Made by a program: the position numbers and the translations under genes. This document shows positions 53,005-64,000 of a stretch of 64,000 bases of DNA, piece after piece. The notes beneath the pieces were generated by a model. The model was not told the origin of the DNA and did not search any database. It saw only the letters and a list, made by a program, of their open reading frames with translations. The first letter of the stretch is position 1; each line of letters begins with the position of its first letter. Source of the DNA: Paramecium tetraurelia (Eukaryota); contig CT868196.1 in the NCBI GenBank assembly GCA_000165425.1, forward strand, positions 372,001 through 436,000. The letters run 5' to 3'.

Positions 53005-53509
53005 ATGACTCATAGTTATGGTTTGAAGAAGGGCACAAGAAGCAAATTTGCAAAACCTTTTAGAGGACATGGAAACATCTCAATTCGTAAGACCCTTCAG
53101 ACATTCAAAAGAGGTAAGAATTACATGCAATTAAATTCAAGGTGATTTTGTCGATATTTTGGTTGATGGTGCTTAACACAAGGGAGTTCCATTTTAATAT
53201 TATCATGGCAGAACTGCAAGAGTATTCAATGTCAATCCAAGAGGAATTGGTGTCTCATTATAAAGAAGAGTCAGAGGAAGATATGTGGAGAAACGATTCC
53301 ATGTTAGAGCTGATCATTTGAGACCATCAAAATGCAGATAAGAATTTGTTAAAAGAGTCCAAGAGAATGACAAAAAGAAGACTGAAGCCAAGAAAAATAA
53401 ATAAGTCATTTCAACCAAAAGATAACCAGTATAACCAAGAGGAGCTGCTGTGGTCATTCCAAAATAAACAACCTTCTAACATCCAAAGGCTTTTGTAGAA
53501 ATTATTTGA
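53005..53509 (+). CDS. RPL21: 60S ribosomal protein L21 (eL21)
   Basis: MTHSYGLKKGTRSKFAKPFRGHG...[25 protein letters not shown]...KRFHVRADHLRPSKCR, one intron. Confidence 0.95.
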
Positions 53510-53600
53510 TAAATAAATCAGTATATTAAATAAACAAAATAGAAAAATTCTATAATTTGGTATTATATGATTAATGCTTATTTTACTTGATACATCACAA

Positions 53601-55293
<1,693 letters not shown>

Positions 55294-55934
55294 TTTAATA
55301 TTCCCATTTATTCATTTTCTATTTCACCTCATAGATCCAGCCATTTCCTTCTACTCCTAATAGACTCTCTCCATATTCTAAGGAAATCTAATGTTTATGT
55401 ATTCTAAAAAAGATTATTTCCAATCAAGACTGACAAATTGATTTATTCAGAATAATTATTTCATTATATTACATTTTATTATAATATAGTATAGTCTAGT
55501 ATACGCAGATTTTAGGATTACATAATTTTTTATTAAATCTATAAGTTCTATTATTACTTTACTTATTTATATGAGAAAAATACAAATTAAGAGAGTAATA
55601 ATGTATTTTAGAATATGAATTAATCTCCATTAGAGAATAACTAAAATCCATATTAATTAATAGTATAACTTTATTGGCAATATTATGATTTGATCCAACA
55701 CCAACAATCCTCTATATAGTAAAATTATTTATCTACACATAACTCATAGAATTAGTTAAAATTAATTTTAATAGGTAAATATCAGGTTTAATATTGCTTT
55801 AAATTCAACCTTTAAAAATAATATAAATGAATAAGTAGAATATATTAATATTTGTTTTTTTTCATTTAAATTATAAGCATTTTAAACATTTACATGTAAA
55901 ATTCACTATATTAAAAATATTTATATAAATTTAT

Positions 55935-56661
55935 TCAGTTTAAAAGTGTCTCTATTTTAACTTTATCAACCTCACTTAAGGCAGATATATATTCTGATAT
56001 TCTAGCATGTGTTGGAGATCCTTCAATTCTTTTTTCAAGTGTATCAATTTTAATTTTGATATGAGTGTTTTCTTTTTTCAAGACAGAATTTTCGTTAGTG
56101 ATTTTTTTCTATGCTAAATTTATCAAATACATTTTAATCTTTGAGAATTTTGATGGTTCTTTATAATTGGAGTATTTCTAAATCTCGATCAAGTAGTTGT
56201 TTTTACATTTATAGATATGATTATTTTGCAAAATTTTCTTTGAGCTAATTAAGATGGCAAAGTACTTTTGACTTATTATTTCTCCTCCTCTACACTCTCA
56301 GCAGCAGTTGTTTTTGTACAGCTTAATTTATCTGTCTTTATATCGGCAAAAGAACTCAATTATTAATTTTATGAATCATCTTATTCATGTAGAAAATCAA
56401 ATTTCGATTCTTCTGTTTGCTTAAAATACAGGCATCAAATACCTAAGTAAATATTCTTAATTTAACATCAGGATAGGGAGTTCTTAAACACAAAGTAGAA
56501 CCACTCAAGGGTTGCCTCTTAGGTAGAGCGGGGGCTCTGACGATAGTAACAGGAGAATTTTTTCTTGTTTCAAAATGCTTTTGCAATAAGGAATTTGTCT
56601 ATCGATGGTATATGTGCTAAAATGAATTAGACTTCTATTTTACTTGAGAGAGCGGTAGCAT
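55935..56661 (-). CDS. Hypothetical protein
   Basis: MLPLSQVKQKSNSF..., one 23-nt intron, ends KVKIETLLN-TGA 55935-55937. Confidence 0.5.
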
Positions 56662-56807
56662 TAATTCAGCAAGAAAATTAAATAAAAATAATTTCTTATT
56701 ATGTCATTTGAAGAAAGAGATTAATTCTTCTTTAAATAAATGAATTTCTAAGAGTAATCTATAAAATTATATATATATCTATATTAGATTGAGGCTAATT
56801 TAATTAA

Positions 56808-59774
56808 TCACATTTTCTCTTCTAAATTTTTGGATGATGGAATATTGATTTTATTTTAAGATTTATTCATTCTTAATGCTCTCAGTTTATCTTGTAAATC
56901 CTATTTTTTGTTGATTTTGAGTAGGCCTAATCTTTATTTTCTTAAGACTTCAACTACGTTTGTAACATTGAAAATTGGAAAATAAAATTCATAATCTTTC
57001 ATTTAATCTAGCTCAATTATGAAATTTTATCCAGATTAAGATAATTAATTGGTTTCATAATCTGTAGCATTTTTAGATTTATTATCAAGTTATTATGAAC
57101 CTAACGATCCACTTTTTTAAATTATTGTATCCAACTTTAATAATTTACTTTATCTCGTTGGATTTTGAGAATAAATATTCTAACTAATTTTCTGAGAATT
57201 TCCTGTTATTATCTATTCTTGTTAATGTTTAAGTTCTACTCTTCTGTTTTATAATAGAGTTTACTATTAATCCTCAGTGAAAACATTTTTTGAGTAATTC
57301 TAATTCAATCCATAATTTGTTTTCAATTTCTGAGCCAGAAAAGAGGTCTTCATTTTATCAAACGATTGAACCCTTCTTCTTTATTCTTGTGAAATGTTGT
57401 CAGCCTCTTATGATTCTAATGAAAGTTGACTATCAGATAACTAATTACTCTTTTCATCTTCTAATACTCCATAACCTAATTTGGCTAAGTATTGATCATT
57501 GATTTAACTATGTTAAAATTAACTATTTACTCTTCGTTTAAAAATCCAAAATTAAGAATAAGATCTAATCCCTAAGACACAATTATATTACGAAAAGAAC
57601 ATTGCCTTTTTCTTTTCACATCCCTTTATCTTTCGAACTTTTTTCTATACTAATAAAGGTTGAAATTAGCATTCCTTGCAATTTTATCAAGATTTGATTA
57701 ATAAAATACGAATGGACAGTCCTGGTATTTATGGGTCCATTTACAAATATCGCATGTCTTACCATAAGTTTTTTAATACGTCAACTTTTCTCTTGTTTAG
57801 TGAAACTTTTATCGACATTCTTCATTTTCTGATATTATAGCAAGAAAATCATTTCTATCAATAAATGCTATTTATAATAAGGAAGAAGCTCGAAAATTAT
57901 ATTGATATGAGGAATTTAAAACAAATTCCAATTCCCCTATTACATCTCCTTTCTAGTAGACTTTTTATAATTTACTAATAGCATTTTCTTTCTCTCCTTT
58001 GCAAAGTGCTTCTAATCCTTTGGACACAAAATAGCTATCAACTTAACCTTCCAAAATAAAAATTAATTTTGTTGCTGTATCATTAACACTTGCGATGTCA
58101 CATCCAGGTGCATAAGTTGCTTATTTAGTCTTCTAACATAAATTGTTAATCAATTCATCAGGAATGTTATTCTTCAAAAAGTTTGATTTTAGCAAAACTC
58201 GCTTATAAATATCAACCAGAACCTCTTATTTTAACTATCCACTTAATTTATTTAAAATAGAATCATCTTATTCCTATAACTATTCATCGATCTAATGTTT
58301 GAATTCAAAATACTTTCTCACTTTTAATGACAATTGTAAATTCAATTATTTTTGTTTAATATATTGATTAACTTTTTTTAATGATCTCTTTAAAAAAGCT
58401 TTTCGTTCTTCTAATGTTTTGATAATTTCACCAATAGTTGAAATGATATATCCAAAAACTCCACATAAGACCATAGCCACAATAATTACAAATAGCCTCT
58501 CTATTGTAGTCTATGGAACTATATCGCCATATCCAACAGTCAAGGTTGTTATCACACTCCAATATAATGAAACTATATATCTATCATACCATTGTTTATC
58601 ATAATAGTCATAATAGATTAACCAACTCCTCTCGTCATTATATATTTCATATTCAATGCGCCCCAGTAAATGCCAACCACAACTACACATATGGGCAACC
58701 AACACCAAAAAATAGACTAATTTAATCATTTCCAATACTGCTTATACTTCCTCCTTGGCGTTTAATAGGTCTTAAACATTTTAAATCATCGATCTCACTC
58801 GAGCTATTCGTAATAATAAAATAAATTGTATATATGGAATATCGAACTAAGCCAACACAAAAGGAATGGTTATCAATAAATCCCAACAGAAGTTGTTTTA
58901 GATGTAATGGAAGAAAATCTCACTCCGATTAGTGTGTATTATGCCTTAATTGTAAAAGGCAGTATTAAAGTTTAACATTATCTCCACTATAAAAATGTAA
59001 CTAGGAATAGTTTCAAAGAATAGTATTGAGATTTAATTAGATTTGTCTAATTCAAAACTCAAACTCATGGGAATGTAAAATATGTTGATAACAATGATAC
59101 ACACTACAATAGAATCCCAAAATATCTTGAAACTGCTTTCTGGATATATAATGGCTAATCGATTTGAATATCTGCAAATGACATTCCAAATAGCAACCAT
59201 AAAAGTTACAATTTTATTAAATATTGAACAAACAATATTCTCTTCTTCTCTCTATTTCCCTCTCTTGAAATTTGAAAAATCCCCACTTTTGTCCCCCAAA
59301 TTTTTAAATATTTCCAAATTCATTAGCTTAATTTTGGGTTTGTCAGCCTTTGTTTTCAATTAATAGATGAACCTTGCCACATATTTTATTATTTTTAATC
59401 CTCCCTTTTTCCAAGTTGGATTTAAACTCTTGATTAAGGGGAATAAATACTTTTCATTATTGTGTAGGCTTGACTGAAAACAGAGACTTCCTCTGTGCTG
59501 TTTCAATGTGCCAAAATCTTCAGGGGAAATAATTTTCACTGTTCGGATAGCTGAGCTTCTGGATTGTATCAATTCGATAAAATGAATATTTCTACTATTT
59601 TATTGTAATTAACAAACATTCATACTTTTCTTAACTGGAAACGTCATCTTGTTCAGCCAAAGAATTTTATTTATTTGTTAAATGAATATGAGATTCATTT
59701 TCGGAGCTAAAGATTTGCCTCTTCGTATTCACAAGGAAATTCGGTTCAATATCGGAGCATTTATCTGTAATCAT
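56808..59774 (-). CDS. Cyclic-nucleotide-binding-domain K+ channel (EAG/CNG-like)
   Basis: FKIFWDSIVV, AHMCSCGWHLLG, YIVSLYWSVITTLTVGYGDIVP pore, cNMP-binding region with GEWEF, C-terminal YEFYFPIFN motif. Confidence 0.9.
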
Positions 59775-60029
59775 TTTATTTAGAGAAGATTATTATATAT
59801 TTTTAAATGAAAAAAATTAAATCTCTTCTGAAATTACTCCGAATATTCTAAATCTCTTAAAGAATTAATTTATATATAATTATATAATTTTGTATACCTT
59901 TGGAGTAACAAAATTTTCAAAAAATACGAGTAAGGAAGATTTTAGTATAGGGTAAAATTAACAATAATGTAATTTGAACAACTATTAAATGAATAAAAAA
60001 AAAGAAAAATGAATTAAAAATCACAAAAA

Positions 60030-62056
60030 TCATTTGAGTAATTTTTTGATTTCTTCTCTTAAAATTTCTGGACTTAACAATAATTGCTATTGTTGTAATT
60101 TTTAGTTCTTGTTTATTTAATCAATTAGTGACTTTGATAACTGTAATGACTTAGTTTATACATTGTAAAGAATTATTTAATTATAATTGAGCAATAAAAG
60201 TAGCATGACTGAGAGTTAGGTTACAAAATTATCTTGAGGGTTATTATTAAGATAGTCTACAAGGCAATTGATAATATTCTTCAATTCCTTAATATCTTGT
60301 GGAGTGTAGAGCTACTCTCTCACATTATTCATAGTAATCTTATGTTGATTTAGTAAGGAGTCGATATCCTTTTTAATTGTGATATGATTTGGAATGAGAT
60401 CAAATTAGATTTGGATGATTTTCATAAATTGTAAGATACTATTTTTTTGTTGGCTTATAGGGGATAAGGCGTTATCTTGGAAATGATTGCTAAAAGTTCT
60501 TTTTAATCTTAAATTTGAGCTCGTATTAAAATATCCATTAGCTATGATATAATTTAGAGGTTCTCTGGATTTTTCTTCGATTTAGAATTCATTCACTCTG
60601 ACTATCTTTGAAGAGTTTTCTTGTTCTTACACATTTCTATTTGATGCATTTGTTGAATTAGATTACAAGTTGCTTGGAGTTCTAAATGAATCGTTATTGT
60701 TTGTGGAATATTTCTTATTGGGGAGAGGGGGAGTATGGGCATTTTCTAAGAATTTGATAAGTTCAATTCTTTGGGTTGTAAATTTAACAAAGGAACTATT
60801 TCTGTCTCTTTCTGATTCTTGTGTATATGCAGTAATGTTCCTTTAAGGAGTAATTTTACGATATTCAGGTTGTAGGTAGGAGATTTTAGTTTTGGTATAA
60901 AATTTTCCTTTTTGTCTTTCACTTGATTTATCTAAATCATGAGTTGGAGTAGCATTGCTCATGCTTCTGTTATGTCTATTTGGAAAATGATAAGTTCCCA
61001 TACTTTCAGTTCTTTGTTTGACTCTTTAGTGGGGTTTGATTTCCAAGAAACTTAGATTTTATTTGATTTAAGTTGGTTCTTATTATTGACTTTGATATTA
61101 TGATTGTGTATTTTTTTGGATAAGAGGCAAGACTGGAGTGATTTCAGGCAGTGTGGCATATTCTTGCATTCCTGCCAAGGAAAAGAGTTGATCCCAAGAA
61201 ATTCTTTTATCTTCATTGATTTGCAAGCATCCTTTGATTATTTTGATGGTTTACTCGGTGACTTTGGGATAGGGTGGAAATTCTAAAGGCTTGTGGAATA
61301 GGATAGAATATATACTTTGGTATCTAATTTGGCCATTAATTCGACTAGGTTTTGAGAATGCCAGGGTGTGATTCCATAGATCAATTCATAGAATATGAGA
61401 CCTAAAGACCAGATATCGCATTTAGATGTGTAGGATTGTCTTTTTAAGATTTGAGGACTCATATAAAGTGGTGTACCCACTAATGAGTTCATAATGGTAT
61501 CAATGTGAGAATCGACTTATTTGGCGAATCCGAAGTCTGTAATTTTGAATATGCCATCATGGACCATGATATTAGCAGGTTTAATGTCTCTGTGTATGAT
61601 TCCTATTTTTAGTAATGCTTTAATGCCATGGAGCAAATCCTTTAAAACATTGATTGCATCATTTTCTGGGATGGACCTAATATGGTGGATTATGTCATAC
61701 TTTCTCTTTTTGAGGTATTCTCTGAGATCACCACCGTTACAAAACTCAGTGACAATGTAGGTATTATTGACACTTTATAAAACATCAATCAATCTGACAA
61801 TATTCTTATCCTCAATCAATTTCATAATCTCGATTTCTGAGGCGATGAGTTAAGTTGCATAATCTGTCTGTAAAATTTTCTTATCCACAACCTTTAATGC
61901 CACAATCTTATCTGTAATTGATAACGATCATAATTTACTATCGACGATGTTTCTGCCAGCATAAACGGTACCATAGGCACCCTTTCCTAATTTGGCTTTG
62001 AAACTAAATTGATAATTCTGAATTTTCTTATCTGGAGGGTATTGCAGAAATTACAT
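60030..62056 (-). CDS. Ser/Thr protein kinase, ULK/Atg1-like ciliate expansion
   Basis: [58 protein letters not shown] 60030-60032. Confidence 0.88.
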
Positions 62057-62138
62057 TTTGAATTTGAAAAATAATTAAATAACAACCAATGCAATTTGCG
62101 CAATTCATAATTCACATTTCAATAATAATAATAATTTT

Positions 62139-64000
62139 TCATACATAAATAATCATATTTAGACATATGAATACTGTAAGCATGACAGAATAGAACTCCT
62201 CTATGAAAATCTCAGAACTCAAATCAGGAATTTGTTTCTTCCCCTTTATGCATAAACCATTCTAGTTATCGAAATAACACTCATTTATTCTACTGTTGCA
62301 CTCATCTGCATTCATCAATTTCCCACATTCTATTAAACAAGCCTCCTATTGCACATTGCTCGCATCTTCATAAGTGCTCCAATAACAGCGATCTGAAGCT
62401 AGAGCACAGTTCTCCTTAGTCAATAGTGAGGAACACAAAATAGATCTACACTTTCCATTCTTATAAACGCATACACCTTTTTATTAATTGCACAAACAAG
62501 ATTCAGTAATTTACTCACATTACTTGCAAACCAAATCACTCAAATACACACAAGAATACCCATTAATTTCATTTCCTTAACAAATATTCTAAGAAGCACC
62601 ATAAATTCTAATTATAAATAAATAATAAATACTCGCAAGACCTATTAGTACACGATTCAGTATCATCCATTAGATGTTACTTCTACCAGTTGCATTTGAA
62701 ACCACCCACTGAGGACTTGTTACAAATATTGATGGCTTGTTCACCATAATAATCTACAGTAATCTAACTACATCTCAATAATTCTAGACAATTGTTTTCT
62801 TAATCCAAATAACATCCTTCATTATTTTGACAATCTTAAGCATCATAGTCTTCACATGTCCTCATTTTGCAAGTTCCATAATACAAAATACAATTGGTAT
62901 TGGAACAATCAGAATATGGACATAATAATTTATAATTTGTAGATGTAACACACAATTTTCCTACCTAAACACAAGGCTATGAATTAATGTAAATTGATTC
63001 ACAACCATTTTTTGGATCGATGATATCTTCACAAATAACTGATGGTTAACATCCATTCTTAAGACTTCTATAGCAAGTTTTATTATCCATAATTTAATCA
63101 CACTCATCATCCTTTAGATGATAACATTATTTCTTCACACACCTATATTAGTCTAAATCAAAATAGCATCTGCTTTAAGATTTGCATTTAGCTACATTTG
63201 ATTATTAGCAAACTTCTGTTTCCTATACAGATTTGCATTTACAATCTAAATTATCTTGGTTCCACAGACAAAGTTCATTTTTAGTGCAAACATTCTTGTT
63301 TATTCCTTCAATATTACAATTACTTTAAGGGACTTATGCACTTTAGCATTTGTGATTGATCGAATCATATGAACAATAATGATCCATAATGGATGCACAT
63401 GCTTTGGGATTTACTTGACTCAAGAACATACAACTACTTTACATTTCACGAAATAGCTGACACTTATTATCTTTGAAAATACATGGTTCTTGTTTAAGTT
63501 AAACACAGCCTAAAAAATTCAATCCCTCAGTATTGCATTTCAATGACCAAACATTAATTAGACTTGTGCATTGATTGTTGATGGTATCATAAATACATGG
63601 TATATTATGAACCTGATTGCTACATGTATATGCATTGACGATTAATTAAGAATCGCATTCAATTTTATCAGTTACTACTTAACAAACTGTTCCATTCCAA
63701 TGAGAAGGGATTCTCTTATTCTTAATACATGCCTTTTTTGAAACTCCTAAGCCAACAGCATCATTTGAAAAATCAATGCAACTTTTATTTCCTTCATCAT
63801 ATACACAAGCCATATTTGGGATCATTTGACAAACATAAGACGATACTTCTTTGAAATCTGAACATTAATGTTCTTTTGATACAGTGAATTCAACACACTA
63901 ATTAGTCCATTAACATTGTTGATTTGGGATTGATAAACATGTTTATTTGCTGATTCCTTCAGATGTGCATAAGATAGTTGAGATGTCTTTCTTTACGCAG
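62139..64000 (-). CDS. Cysteine-rich repeat surface protein, 3' part (starts beyond window end), GPI-type C-terminus
   Basis: Repeated NxxxCxxxxxxxCxW/F units. Ends FYSVMLTVFICLNMIIYV-TGA 62139-62141. Confidence 0.75.

Overview
AT-rich, very gene-dense eukaryotic DNA that reads as ciliate macronuclear sequence, most likely Paramecium (aurelia group). TAA/TAG encode Gln (e.g. Rab WDTAG-TAA-ERF), TGA is the only stop, and genes carry 20-30 nt GT...AG introns. The supplied ORF track uses a standard/bacterial-type code, so it fragments every gene. Re-reading by hand with genetic code 6 gives about 40 protein-coding genes. Recognisable ones: NSF, a CaMK-type kinase, RPL24, RPL21, two PP2Cs, two LRR proteins, a CH-domain protein, three RING proteins, a TTLL enzyme, Sec62, a 7TM-PIP kinase fusion, a trichocyst matrix protein, a mitochondrial pyruvate carrier, a TPR protein, a 2192-aa Cys-repeat surface-antigen-like protein, a stand-alone 7TM receptor-like protein, Rab8-like GTPase, V-ATPase B, a CNG/EAG-type K+ channel, a ULK-like kinase and a second Cys-rich surface protein. 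The most striking element is a tandem pair (16999-20084) of diverged, stand-alone Trl1/T4-Rnl1-type ATP-dependent RNA ligase genes with all nucleotidyltransferase motifs intact; these are invisible in the ORF track. No tRNA, rRNA, telomeric repeat, transposon or CRISPR array was seen. Coordinates and introns are manual calls and may be a few nt off.
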